Virus record (IMG/VR): IMGVR_UViG_3300032931_000905
Location: 25,021 to 89,020 of that record
DNA from: a virus
Length of the DNA stretch: 64,000 nt
Direction: 5' to 3' (one strand)
Position numbers and translations under genes: made by a program. Every line of letters starts with the position of its first letter. Position 1 is the first letter of the stretch. Below, piece by piece: positions 19,969 to 30,230 of the stretch. The notes under the pieces were generated by a model that was not told the DNA's origin, made no database searches, and saw only the letters and a program-made list of their open reading frames with translations.

Positions 19969-20016
19969 GCGCGTTCCACCTTTCGATGTTAGAAATAAAA
20001 TGCCTCACGGATTTCA

Positions 20017-20313
20017 TTATATTTCTCGGCGACCTTTGTATGAGCGGGATTCGATGTTCCCAACTTTGGTATGACCATCGTGGGAGGTGGCTTTCTTCCA
20101 AAAGCGTTTCATGGGTTCAAGGATGCCATGACGAAAATCATCAGGAACCTTCTGCACACCCAGATGGAAGGGATCACCAATTCTGGTTGCGGCAAGGAAG
20201 ACCACGCTGTATTGGGGATTGGCGGATTGCCACTCCGTTTGCGCCTGAATACTGGCAAAGGTGTATTCAACAATCTCGCGGGTCTCGGTATGCTGGAAGG
20301 AGTTTGTGACCAT
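20017..20313 (-). CDS. hypothetical protein (T4-like small protein upstream of phoH)
   Basis: 98-aa ORF preceded by CTAAATA late-like promoter. Confidence 0.5.
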   Translation of the reverse strand: MVTNSFQHTETREIVEYTFASIQAQTEWQSANPQYSVVFLAATRIGDPFHLGVQKVPDDFRHGILEPMKRFWKKATSHDGHTKVGNIESRSYKGRREI

Positions 20314-20333
20314 ACAGTGTATTTAGCCCTATT

Positions 20334-20359
20334 GACGGATACGGATGGCCGTATCCGTC
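20334..20359. terminator. perfect hairpin, possible terminator
   Basis: GACGGATACGG-ATGG-CCGTATCCGTC, intergenic. Confidence 0.55.
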
Positions 20360-20374
20360 TTGGTATGTTTGTGA

Positions 20375-20740
20375 TTAGACTGCGGCGAGTTCGGCTTCTG
20401 TCACCAGCGGTGCCGCAACGACCGGCGTGACGGCCGCGGTCAGCCCCGTCACATCAGGCACAATGGCGCCCGCGTTTCGACGATCCTGTAGATAGGACAA
20501 CATCGTTTCACGATTCATCAGGGTATAGGACACATTCTGTTTGGCGCCAGTCCTGACAATGAGGGCACCGCGCTTTTTGAGTTCCCACATATAGGTCGGA
20601 ATGCGCCCAGGGACGAGAATCCCTTGCAGCGTAATCAACAATTCGGCATGGGTCACCACACGCGGTGCCGGGCTACCAGACATGAGGACCACCAAAATTT
20701 GTTCTGCCACCGACAACTTCTTATGCAATGTACCGGACAT
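20375..20740 (-). CDS. hypothetical protein, possible winged-helix DNA-binding
   Basis: GGAGG SD; own sigma70 promoter at ~20797-20825. Confidence 0.55.
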   Translation of the reverse strand: MSGTLHKKLSVAEQILVVLMSGSPAPRVVTHAELLITLQGILVPGRIPTYMWELKKRGALIVRTGAKQNVSYTLMNRETMLSYLQDRRNAGAIVPDVTGLTAAVTPVVAAPLVTEAELAAV

Positions 20741-21007
20741 AATCCCACAACCTCCATTAAATGAATAACACAGATAAAACGACTACCATAAGTTAAGTAT
20801 AGCACATTCCTGCCGACTTGTCAAGTCTTTTTTACGGTTACGGTATCACGATCCTCGTCCATGAGGCGGACCAGTTCCTTGGGTGTCATGGCATACCGAA
20901 TACCATGACTCGCCGAACGGATCACACCACTATACATCAGCATTCGAATGGCCTGGCGCCGTCGCTTTCGACGGTCCAACGCATTTTTAATGTAGTGTAT
21001 CACGCGA

Positions 21008-21286
21008 TCACTTTGCTTTCTTTGTGGCCTTGATCTTGGCCGTTTTCTTTGGTGGCCCGTTTGTAATCCAGGTCTTGATCGACTTCCTGGCACTGAGGTT
21101 TCCCGGCTTCCAGGGTAACCCTTTCGAGGACATGGAAGGCTGGGCCGAGGGCGGCGCAAACGAGTAGGCATCATGGGGCTTAATCTGTTTGATTTTGCCT
21201 CCGTTGAGGACCCATTCGTCTACCAGCGCCTTCAGTTCTTCGCGGGTTATTTCTTTGTTGGCTAACAGTTCATCACGTACTTGCAT
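21008..21286 (-). CDS. hypothetical protein
   Basis: W.LNGGKI motif shared with ORF 47465-47671 (FLNRGGKV); SD present. Confidence 0.55.
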   Translation of the reverse strand: MQVRDELLANKEITREELKALVDEWVLNGGKIKQIKPHDAYSFAPPSAQPSMSSKGLPWKPGNLSARKSIKTWITNGPPKKTAKIKATKKAK

Positions 21287-21318
21287 TATCTCGTTCTCCT
21301 TGAGTAATATGATTGATC

Positions 21319-21723
21319 CTACTGAGTCTTCTTCTTTGTGACGGCTTTCTTGGGTGCTGTGCGCTTCATTGCCTTGGCATGTTGCAGACCTGTCAGGGCT
21401 TCTGCTTCATCGGCTCGTGCGGCCTCCAGTCGGGCATCAGATAGGGCCGAGTCCAGTGCTATCTGCACCAAGGCACGGTGGTTCTTTTCTGACTGCCAAA
21501 GATGTTCCGCCTGGGCCAACTCGGACCGTAGATCCTCAATCACCCTTTCGCGGCTGTCGATCCATGTACTGAGGCTCTCGACCTGGTGCGTGAGATAACC
21601 GATCTCTGTGAAGGGCCAGAATCTCCGGTACCATTCCGTGGTAAACGCGAGGCGGGCCACCATGGCGAGTACCATACACCCGATCAAGGCCAGACCGATG
21701 ACAAATTCCATTCCGATTTCCAT
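21319..21723 (-). CDS. membrane-anchored coiled-coil protein
   Basis: N-terminal TM helix then heptads; start reassigned to ATG 21723. Confidence 0.55.
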   Translation of the reverse strand: MEIGMEFVIGLALIGCMVLAMVARLAFTTEWYRRFWPFTEIGYLTHQVESLSTWIDSRERVIEDLRSELAQAEHLWQSEKNHRALVQIALDSALSDARLEAARADEAEALTGLQHAKAMKRTAPKKAVTKKKTQ

Positions 21724-21865
21724 TATGTTTTTCCTTCCATCGTACACATGACCAAGGCGGAGACACCATAGCACAACCAGACCACCGCCCACTTCACATG
21801 ACCTTGATACAGGGAGAACCCTGCGGCGGCGACATACAAGATCCCGTTGATAATCACAAAATAAT

Positions 21866-22210
21866 TCATGCGCCGTCTTCCTGGGCTTCATCCTCAAACA
21901 AGTCATCTTGAGGAAGTAGAGACTCCTCTGGGTCCCAATCATCACGGTTTGTGGTATCTTCCGATTGTTTTGGATCATTCATCCAGCGTAAGAATTCCTG
22001 GTATTTGTCGTGCGACAACCACAAGGCCGTCATATGCGATTCCAAGAATCCCACGGTCAGGTCTCGTTCCTCTGTGGTGGCGTCCGCCTTTCGCAGGCGC
22101 TCCAAGCACTTGAGAATTTCTAAGGTATGTTCGTGCATCCACCAGAGACTATCAGCAGGAGGCGTGGGTCTCGGTACTCTCGGATCTATCGGTTCATCCA
22201 GTAAATTCAT
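21866..22210 (-). CDS. hypothetical protein
   Basis: 114-aa ORF with acidic tail. Confidence 0.5.
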   Translation of the reverse strand: MNLLDEPIDPRVPRPTPPADSLWWMHEHTLEILKCLERLRKADATTEERDLTVGFLESHMTALWLSHDKYQEFLRWMNDPKQSEDTTNRDDWDPEESLLPQDDLFEDEAQEDGA

Positions 22211-22402
22211 TCTTGGCTTCCTTTCGGCTTTTCGTCGCCCTCAAAGGCCTGTGGTTCGCTCATCTTCTACTCCGTTATGGATTCAGTATCCTTGTGAGGT
22301 CTGCGGCCAAGGCCTTGAAGGCCCGTATGATAGCCGATTCCGCACAGGCCCATTCATAATACAACACCACACACAACAAAATCCATCCTAGCCAGGCAAA
22401 CA

Positions 22403-22891
22403 TTAGAACACCCAACCCGTCTGAATCGTGACCATGTTCATGCCGATATTCGGACCATCAGCGGTATTCAGACCCAGGGCTTTTCCATTCGACATATGCC
22501 ACAACTCTACACCCAAGCGAAAATCTTTGTATCCTACGCTCACTTGCCCGCCCAGACCAAACTGGGTCCGCTGGGGCAATTCGATCTGTGAATGATCGAC
22601 ATACGAGACACCGAATCTCGGCGTCAAGGTCACACTATAATCTGGCTTCGGCTCAAACTTGAAGCCGTATTGTAACTCGGTGCCATAGAAACCGTTTGTG
22701 GTCGCTTTGGCATTGATTCCCCAACCCTTGTCACAAGTCTGCACTGAGACAATCGCGGCATTTCCCGCGGTATTCTGGTGCTTGGATTGTTTGAAATCTG
22801 TGGAGGCCATGTATCCTGCCATCAGGACGGGGGCTAAACATAATGTGGCCACTTCTCTAATCACTCTGAGTCTCCTTGTTATTCTCGTCAA
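22403..22891 (-). CDS. PagL-like lipid A 3-O-deacylase / small beta-barrel OMP
   Basis: Signal-like N-terminus, amphipathic strands, H-x-S-N motif (WHMSNG) then PN.G.N, terminal Phe. Confidence 0.7.
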   Translation of the reverse strand: MTRITRRLRVIREVATLCLAPVLMAGYMASTDFKQSKHQNTAGNAAIVSVQTCDKGWGINAKATTNGFYGTELQYGFKFEPKPDYSVTLTPRFGVSYVDHSQIELPQRTQFGLGGQVSVGYKDFRLGVELWHMSNGKALGLNTADGPNIGMNMVTIQTGWVF

Positions 22892-22994
22892 TCTCTATAG
22901 TGTTATAGTAACACAGGGGCACAGAGAATGCAAGCAAAAAGTGAGAGATTAGAGGATTATAATGTTCCAGAAGTGCAATAAAATCAACTACTTA

Positions 22995-23276
22995 TTATAA
23001 GTCATTGATATCATTGATATGTTCGTGATTCGTGGGAATAGGTTCTATCAGAAGAAAGGAATACGCCGTATATCCCTCATTTTTCATCTTTCCGGTACAG
23101 GATAGACTGGCTAGCCGACAAAAACGCTCTAGATCGCCCTCAAACGAGAGATCATCACAGAAGGCGATCAATTCATCACCTGGCGAGAGTTCGTTGATCC
23201 TGAGCCGAATGTGGAGGATTGGGAAGGGACAAACCATGCCCCGGCAATCTACAATAGGGATACCGGAATGTTCCAT
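22995..23276 (-). CDS. TusA/SirA-like sulfur carrier
   Basis: VDCRGMVCPFP...L.PGD.L....DD. Confidence 0.85.
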   Translation of the reverse strand: MEHSGIPIVDCRGMVCPFPILHIRLRINELSPGDELIAFCDDLSFEGDLERFCRLASLSCTGKMKNEGYTAYSFLLIEPIPTNHEHINDINDL

Positions 23277-23277
23277 C

Positions 23278-23466
23278 TTATTCCTGTAATAACTCGGCTT
23301 TACTCTCGTTGGTCGACTCTTTTGCCAGGGACGAGAGATTTTGGCGCATCAGGGCGACCAACTTACTCTGGAGGACGGCAATATTGCCTTCGTTCTTTTC
23401 GATTTGGGCGACCAGGTCTCTGATCTGTTCATCGACGGTTTTCATGTTCATAGCTCCGATCATCAT
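23278..23466 (-). CDS. small coiled-coil protein
   Basis: Short ORF abutting TusA, ends ELLQE. Confidence 0.45.
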   Translation of the reverse strand: MMIGAMNMKTVDEQIRDLVAQIEKNEGNIAVLQSKLVALMRQNLSSLAKESTNESKAELLQE

Positions 23467-23623
23467 CGTGAAACTCCGATGGGGTATCCTGGTATCGAGG
23501 TTCCCGATTGGGTTTAGGTTTTTTACTGCCCTGCGTCTGTTCCTTGTTGTCCCGAAACTTCTGTGGTTTCTTATTCTTTTCGATCAACCGAGTGCCAAAC
23601 ATGCCTTGTTCTCCTTGTATGAG

Positions 23624-23890
23624 TTATTCTGCGCTTGCACGACCATCATCGATATGATGATGTTGAAAATCTAACCAGGCATGTCCTAATTCGTGCAAGA
23701 GGATATACCGTTTTCTATTGAGGGGAAGACTTTTCCGAATGTAGATGGTGCGTCCATCCACATACCAGAGACCGTCGGAACCATGGTCCTTTCGATTGAA
23801 TTCGCCATTGCTGAGTTGCTTGACCGTAATGACATACCCAAACGGCAGGACCACCTTTCGAGGAATCCTGGCTTGTCCTATGTGTGCCAT
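23624..23890 (-). CDS. ImmA/IrrE-like Zn metallopeptidase domain protein
   Basis: DGLW....RTIYI..SL..RKRYILLHELGH. Confidence 0.7.
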   Translation of the reverse strand: MAHIGQARIPRKVVLPFGYVITVKQLSNGEFNRKDHGSDGLWYVDGRTIYIRKSLPLNRKRYILLHELGHAWLDFQHHHIDDGRASAE

Positions 23891-24609
23891 GGTAGGGAGT
23901 CTCCGTGTTGTGACGCCATATACTGATTGCCGTTGACAAAGAATTGTAAGGCCGGCGAAGTTGAGGAGGCTCCGAGACGATAATTGACTGTGTGTTGTTT
24001 GGTGCTTCGGCAATTCGGAAAGTAGTGAAGCAGATTCCCGAAAAATTGTCGATCTGCCGCATACTTCCCATACCAGGTATGTCCAACTTTGGTCGCAATG
24101 TCCCGCGGTATTGCAAAACAGGAGGTATCAATATGATGGGTATCGACCGTACCCGCAATCGGATACTTGGGACCCAGGCTTTCGCAATTATCAGGGCACA
24201 AGAACTCACCTTTGAGGGTGACGATGTTCCGCAGGGTAAACGCCCAGGAACCTGGACTGAGGACCTTCCGATAGGCCTCAATGAAATTCGGTTCGGCATA
24301 GTTATCTTCATCCAGATAACACAAGACCTCTTCGTTGACTAAAAACGAGGCCGCCGCATAGGCCCGATGCCCATACCAGCCACCGGCACCGATGTTTTCC
24401 GTGAGCCAGATAAACTTCATTTTATCGGTCAGGCCGACACGCATCACGATCTTATTCACGGCCGCATTGTACTGACTCCCATCGACAATGATATAATGCA
24501 CACAATCCTGTGCCTTGACGGACTCAAGACACTCCTCAAGTTCTGGCTTCCCAATCGTAGGGGTAATGACGGCCATCGTTCCGGTAAACATTATGCCTTG
24601 ACCTCCCAC
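23878..24609 (-). CDS. glycosyltransferase family 2
   Basis: VITPT, ESV..Q, IVDG, YLDEDN, IDTSC. Confidence 0.85.
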   Translation of the reverse strand: MGGQGIMFTGTMAVITPTIGKPELEECLESVKAQDCVHYIIVDGSQYNAAVNKIVMRVGLTDKMKFIWLTENIGAGGWYGHRAYAAASFLVNEEVLCYLDEDNYAEPNFIEAYRKVLSPGSWAFTLRNIVTLKGEFLCPDNCESLGPKYPIAGTVDTHHIDTSCFAIPRDIATKVGHTWYGKYAADRQFFGNLLHYFPNCRSTKQHTVNYRLGASSTSPALQFFVNGNQYMASQHGDSLPWHT

Positions 24610-25049
24610 GGCATATCAGGATAGGCTTGCTTGACCAGGGTGGCCGTCAAATGAGGTACCGCGAGTGTTTTGTTGATGACCCCGGCCAACAAGGAGGCTT
24701 CGTCCTTATGGAGACAGGCCAATAAGGTATGGAGATTCTGCTCCGCTTTGCGAGGGGACATGGTCCCTTTTCGGGCAGGATGATCCTTGACAAAGATATA
24801 TAATTTTTTCACTTCTTGTTCCAGATAGGCCAGATTCAATCCCGCCGGATCGACGGAGGGCTTATACTTCGGTACCGTGACCTCAAACACCGTGGAGGGA
24901 TTGAAGGCATAATTCAAAAATTCCTTGAGTCCAGGGCTCGTATATTCACGGAGTATCCGCACTCGTTCCGCATCGTTGGGGGCGAGTGTGAGCTTATCGA
25001 AAATTTCTGAGAATAAGAAAATCATGGTATCCCTTCTAAAATTCATCAA
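24591..25049 (-). CDS. conserved T4-like hypothetical protein
   Basis: E.KKLYIF...K.E......L..LH.DEA.LL motif; follows RNase H. Confidence 0.65.
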   Translation of the reverse strand: MMNFRRDTMIFLFSEIFDKLTLAPNDAERVRILREYTSPGLKEFLNYAFNPSTVFEVTVPKYKPSVDPAGLNLAYLEQEVKKLYIFVKDHPARKGTMSPRKAEQNLHTLLACLHKDEASLLAGVINKTLAVPHLTATLVKQAYPDMPWEVKA

Positions 25050-25902
25050 TCACGGAGATTAACTGAGTGAGTTGCTTCTTGACGAGGTATTGGAGAAACT
25101 CGCCTTTGGTATTCCGAGGTGCCTGGGTATGCGCCTGGACGATCTCGTTTTTCAGTGTCGCAGGGATCTGCTTCAGATCAATGAGGACCTGATTCCGATG
25201 ATAATTCCGCAACATCGTCGCATCACAGAAGGCCTCTGGCGGTTGCATCAACCATTGCACCAATTTCTTTTCTGTAATAGGTCGTTGCCGTCCACCGGTC
25301 ACAAACACATCATCAGGAGAGAGGATATTCGGAATGCCGTCATCCTTATCCCCACGAATGATCAATTGCTTGAGTTGCATCGCGGGCATGGATTCGATAA
25401 TAAACTTTTTGAGCACCGGGGCATACTGTCGGACATTCTCATCGATTTGTAACTGAGGAAAGTCTTTATCACCAGAGATAATCAACACAGGCTCCGATGC
25501 GGCGACATACGGCACCAAGGTCCCAATCACATCATCCGCTTCGGCCCCGTTGACCTTCACAGAGGTATAGGGTGTGTGCGTGAAGACTTCATCCAGGATC
25601 GTATTCATATGATAATGGATCGAGATCCAATCAAAGGTCGAGGTCATACGGTTGGCGGCACGCCGGGCTTTATAGTGGGGGAAGAGGTTCCTTCGCCAGT
25701 AGGTCGACGAATCGAATGCCAGGACGACCCCAGCAGACTGGGACGTATTGGCAAAGGTGCGTTTGAATTTGTTGACATTGCTCCGAAGAGAATTCAAGAC
25801 AATCGCTCTGAGCAAGTCTTCATTGATGGGGGAATTTTTTTGCATCGCAATGTGTTGAAACATTGATGCGTAGGCGATATTCGAGATGTCAATGATAATC
25901 AT
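25036..25902 (-). CDS. rnh: T4-type RNase H / 5'-3' exonuclease
   Basis: IIID, YWRR..FP.YK..R, EADDVIG, ISGDKDF.QL, GD.DDGIPN. Confidence 0.95.
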   Translation of the reverse strand: MIIIDISNIAYASMFQHIAMQKNSPINEDLLRAIVLNSLRSNVNKFKRTFANTSQSAGVVLAFDSSTYWRRNLFPHYKARRAANRMTSTFDWISIHYHMNTILDEVFTHTPYTSVKVNGAEADDVIGTLVPYVAASEPVLIISGDKDFPQLQIDENVRQYAPVLKKFIIESMPAMQLKQLIIRGDKDDGIPNILSPDDVFVTGGRQRPITEKKLVQWLMQPPEAFCDATMLRNYHRNQVLIDLKQIPATLKNEIVQAHTQAPRNTKGEFLQYLVKKQLTQLISVIDEF

Positions 25903-25918
25903 GATGTATAGGTATCGT

Positions 25919-27043
25919 TTACAGAACTTTGAGTAACAGACAATCCTTATTTATGCGCCCAGCAAGCAGCTTCTCTTTGGTGGATATCTCCCCCAGGAAA
26001 TGTTTGGTCTGGACCTTTCCTGCCTTGATGAATTGGGGGATTTGTTGTAGGGGCTTACGGAGCGTTTTCCCCACAGAACGAGATGCGGTATAATTCAGAA
26101 TCGAGGAACCCTTGATGGATAATCCTTCGTCAGTATCGGCGACATAGACACCCAATTGTCGGGTCCTGATATTATACACATACAAGGCCGACGCCCCGAT
26201 GATCTTTTTGGCATCGATGGAGGAGGCGGCATACTCACCAAATTGCTCTGTGGTGTCGTGATATTTGAGGTGTTTGGTCAGTTGTTCGGGGGTCTTGACT
26301 TTTTTCTTTCGGGGTGCCTTCTGTTGATGCACCTCGCCGATGGTCAATAACGCATCCGACATGATTTGATCGGCATAGGATTCCAGCTTGATGATTTCTG
26401 GTATCGTAAAATTTGAGTACCCTTCGACCAACTGCGCGTCGGTCCCTGCCAGGACGATTCGGTATTCATCCCGCATCTGCTTAAACTTATTGATGATCGC
26501 GGGAATCTGGTCCTGGGTCAGTTCATGCTTTTGGATAATCGTCAGAGGCGACTGGCTCCGCTTACAGTCCGACAGAATCAATTCATCGACCGCCTGATCC
26601 AACGCACCCAGACAAGCAGACAGTTGAGCCTGTGAGGAGGTATTCGCAGGTTTGACTTTGACGGTCTTGGGTCGATCTGAGGTCTCCCCTTTGATGATGA
26701 CTGGGGGCAAGGCAATCTCCTTGTCCATTTTCTGTATGGCGTTCTGGAGCCACACGGATGCCTTGGGAGACAGCACGGCGCCGCGCATCAGCATTCGGCA
26801 CACATAGCCTAGCGTATTGGGGCGACTCTTGATTTTCGTTTCAGTATAGTCAATCTGATGCTTGGTACAAAAGCTTTGGAGATATTTGTGGGCATGGGAG
26901 GTGTCCCGATGCTGATTATACCAGTTGAGGTGTCGGCACAATTCCATCTCTTCCAGGGGCACCAAACCATCAAAGGTCGGTTCTTCGCCACCACTAATGG
27001 CATGGAGTCTGGATTCGTTGGATTCTTTTTTTGAAGAAGGCAT
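25919..27043 (-). CDS. conserved T4-like hypothetical protein
   Basis: LNWYN, QL.EGYS, IIGA..L.VYN..TR.L, KTLRKP, GRIN motifs. Confidence 0.7.
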   Translation of the reverse strand: MPSSKKESNESRLHAISGGEEPTFDGLVPLEEMELCRHLNWYNQHRDTSHAHKYLQSFCTKHQIDYTETKIKSRPNTLGYVCRMLMRGAVLSPKASVWLQNAIQKMDKEIALPPVIIKGETSDRPKTVKVKPANTSSQAQLSACLGALDQAVDELILSDCKRSQSPLTIIQKHELTQDQIPAIINKFKQMRDEYRIVLAGTDAQLVEGYSNFTIPEIIKLESYADQIMSDALLTIGEVHQQKAPRKKKVKTPEQLTKHLKYHDTTEQFGEYAASSIDAKKIIGASALYVYNIRTRQLGVYVADTDEGLSIKGSSILNYTASRSVGKTLRKPLQQIPQFIKAGKVQTKHFLGEISTKEKLLAGRINKDCLLLKVL

Positions 27044-27054
27044 AAGTCCTCGCG

Positions 27055-27306
27055 TTAAGTAATAATATTTTTGGGATCAGGAAGATTGTTGTCTGGTTGA
27101 GCGACGATGATCGGGTCATATACCGTAAAGACAAATGAAGGGGTACAGGGGCATCGAAGGACCAACGGACTATTAATTGCTTTACAATTCGGGCACCTCC
27201 AACCTTCAGGTACGGTGGCTGACTTCCCTTCACAAAACGCAGAAGGCGAATCAGTCAAGGGCCATGGTCTAGACTCGGCAAACCCTATGGTGGCGTGGTG
27301 TGTCAT
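27055..27306 (-). CDS. small Zn-finger protein
   Basis: GWRCPNC...NSP....CPC. Confidence 0.55.
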   Translation of the reverse strand: MTHHATIGFAESRPWPLTDSPSAFCEGKSATVPEGWRCPNCKAINSPLVLRCPCTPSFVFTVYDPIIVAQPDNNLPDPKNIIT

Positions 27307-28142
27307 TGTATCCCTATTTAGAATCGCACATTACCTTCATCGCCATCTTTATCGGCCCCTCGATTATAAATGGCCGACGTGGCAATCACCGTGACCTTCA
27401 CAAAGGTGGGAGTCCCACACTTGGGGCAGTCATAGGGTGAGTGTCGATTGAGGTCTCCCAGGACGGCCATGGGTACCGTATCGAGGGTAAAGACTTCCAA
27501 GAGACATTCGCCGGATTTGGATTGAAACTCAATATCCGTGTGACACTTGGGGCATGGTACCATAACCGAATCAAACATACCCATATGATTATTCCTTTGG
27601 TATTTTAGCAGCCAACAATCTGATACGCTTACCTGGTGCGTAACAGGAGTACCCATCGTCTTCTGGAATGCCATTTCGGACTAATTCCATTTCCACTTCC
27701 CTGAGATCCGCCACATGCTCCTTGCAGGAAAACTCAAACAGCTGTCGGTTATGGTAGGCTTTGGTCGTCAAGTCTTGAATCATATCCATCAATTCACACT
27801 TAGACAATTGAAAAAGAGTTTCCCGATCAATTTTTGGCGCATCTTTCAATGGCATATCAATGTCTCCCCCAAAAGAACCCCATCAACATGACAATAAACA
27901 CAACGGTCATGCAAATGTCTGTAACCATATTTATCCTTCCAGTGGTTCGTTGGATGCCCCGGCTTGGTAAACTTTCTCAAGTATCTTGCGGTTCCTCTCA
28001 ATTGTCTCTTCCAATCCGCAGTTACAGATACCCGGAGGCACTTCCTCGTTCGCACAGCCCTCGGCTGCCAAAGGGCAGGAGTACCAGGAGTCATCATTCC
28101 AATAATGACCCCTGGAAACTTCTTCTGCAAGTATTCGCAGGT

Positions 28143-29315
28143 TCATCCTTTCACACACAGCACCTGGCGCAATGTCGCCACGATTTTCACCAAGTCTTTT
28201 TGATTTTCCATGACCTGGTCAATGTTCTTGTACGCCCCAGGCAATTCATCGATGATGCCAGCGTCCTTCCGACACATGATACCATCAGTCTGTATAAGTA
28301 CATCCTTCAGATCAAACGCTTGCTTTGCCTTGCTTCGTGACATGACACGGCCTGCGCCGTGAGAGCATGAACAGAACGATTCGCTGTTTCCCAGGCCTTC
28401 AACGATATATGATCGGGTGCCCATCGATCCAGGAATAATGCCCATATCACCAACCCTAGCACGTACAGCCCCTTTGCGTGTAACAATAACATTTTCCCCA
28501 TAGTGATCCTCCCGTTCTGCGTAGTTATGATGGCAGTTCACGGTCAATTGAGGGGCAATCACCGTGTCCTTGTCTCCAAAAATCACTTCAGCAATCGAGC
28601 GCATCACCAACTGCATCATGACTTCGCGGTTCTTCATGGCATACCGCTGGGCCCACTGAAGGTCCCGCCAGTACTCATTGAACAGTTCGGTGCCATCGTG
28701 CAAGTATGCAAGGTTCGGGTCTTCCAAGGAAATCATATAGGTCTTCATGACTTCCTTAGCCCGATCAATATAATAGTTCCCAATCCTGTTCCCAATACCG
28801 CGGGAACCTGAATGCAGCATGACCCAGACATTTTCTTCTAAGTCAATACACACCTCGATGAAATGGTTTCCACCACCGAGGGTGCCCATCTGCTTGACCA
28901 CGCGCATAGGATCATCCAAAATCTTTTCAGGAAGCAATTCATAGCCTTCCATGCTGAATGGTGCTGCCGCAGAGTTGTGCATGTCCTGCCCAACAGGTAC
29001 CGCCTTGCTAATCGAGTCAAACAATCCCTGCAAGTTGTCAGGCAACCGCTTGGACTTGAATGGCATCTTGGCCGCCATCATGCCACAGCCGATATCGACC
29101 CCGACACACGCAGGCACCACCGCACCCTTGGTGGCGACGACAGAACCGACAGTCGCCCCAATGCCATAATGCACATCAGGCATGACTGCGACATGCTTAT
29201 AGATAAACGGCAACGTCGCCGTGTTCTTGAGTTGATCCAGGGCCTGGGATTCCACCGTCTCAATAGGAGACCAAATCTTGATTGGCTTAGGGGTTGAATT
29301 TATCACATTAAACAT
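28143..29315 (-). CDS. rtcB: RtcB RNA ligase (tRNA/RNA repair)
   Basis: MPDVH.G.G..VG, VGVDIGCG, GTLGGGNHFIE, HSGSRG.G, HHNY, RKGA, IPGSMG, SHGAGR, DE.P.AYK, KG end. Confidence 0.96.
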   Translation of the reverse strand: MFNVINSTPKPIKIWSPIETVESQALDQLKNTATLPFIYKHVAVMPDVHYGIGATVGSVVATKGAVVPACVGVDIGCGMMAAKMPFKSKRLPDNLQGLFDSISKAVPVGQDMHNSAAAPFSMEGYELLPEKILDDPMRVVKQMGTLGGGNHFIEVCIDLEENVWVMLHSGSRGIGNRIGNYYIDRAKEVMKTYMISLEDPNLAYLHDGTELFNEYWRDLQWAQRYAMKNREVMMQLVMRSIAEVIFGDKDTVIAPQLTVNCHHNYAEREDHYGENVIVTRKGAVRARVGDMGIIPGSMGTRSYIVEGLGNSESFCSCSHGAGRVMSRSKAKQAFDLKDVLIQTDGIMCRKDAGIIDELPGAYKNIDQVMENQKDLVKIVATLRQVLCVKG

Positions 29316-29733
29316 ACATCACCTTTTCTTTGATCCAACGGGTTACTTCTCTGGCCACGATCCGGCACAAGACCACTCTGGGTACACTCTCTAACCAGGA
29401 TACGGTATAGGGGTCGGGGGCATCCTGTAACAAATCTGCTTGGTCGAGGATCGCATCGATCCGTTTGTGTTCTTCTACGAGGATCGCCTTTTTGGCATTC
29501 ATGATTTCGTCGGTCTGGATCTTCCTCAAGTCTTTTTCAATGTTCTCAGATTCCTTGAGGAATGCCGCAAGGAGAGTATCGATTTTCTCTGTCAGTTCTT
29601 GAGCGGTCATGGGGGTCCACCCGTCCTGGGGTTGTCTACGATACGACAACACCCCATTGATGATTTTCTCTTGATAAAAGAGTACACCCATGAGTGATCT
29701 ACCAGGAATTCCACAACACAATCGAAAATCCAA
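29308..29733 (-). CDS. hypothetical protein
   Basis: ORF coupled to the rtcB start. Confidence 0.45.
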   Translation of the reverse strand: MDFRLCCGIPGRSLMGVLFYQEKIINGVLSYRRQPQDGWTPMTAQELTEKIDTLLAAFLKESENIEKDLRKIQTDEIMNAKKAILVEEHKRIDAILDQADLLQDAPDPYTVSWLESVPRVVLCRIVAREVTRWIKEKVMYV

Positions 29734-30230
29734 TCCAAAATACGACGACCATCAACACACCAAAGATTCCGACACCCAGGATCGCCAGCGTAATCGCCAG
29801 TTCAAACATTACACACGGACTCCGCCACATACCTGGCATACTTTTTCTTATCGTGATTCACGGCGTCCTCGTATTCGGAGGTCATGAAGTCCTTAGGTTC
29901 CAATTCGTCAAATTCCTCAAACGCCCGTTTCAGGTCCTCGCGGTTTTCGAGAATCCACAGATGATATGGTATAGGGTCTTTATGCGAAAACATACACGGC
30001 CCTCTTTCGTTCAAAATCCTCAAGAATCCATTTGACCTGACGGTCAGAGAGAATCGGATGAATAAACCCAGTCACCGAATTGAAAAGCAGGTTCGCCTGG
30101 CGATCATAGACCTTCAGGTGTTCCTTGGTCCTGGACCACTTCAATTCCAAATCGAGATCGGATAGTTCTTTACTCATAACATCCTCCATTCAAGTATTTT
30201 GTGGCACCACTTATACGATTCACTCTTTCC

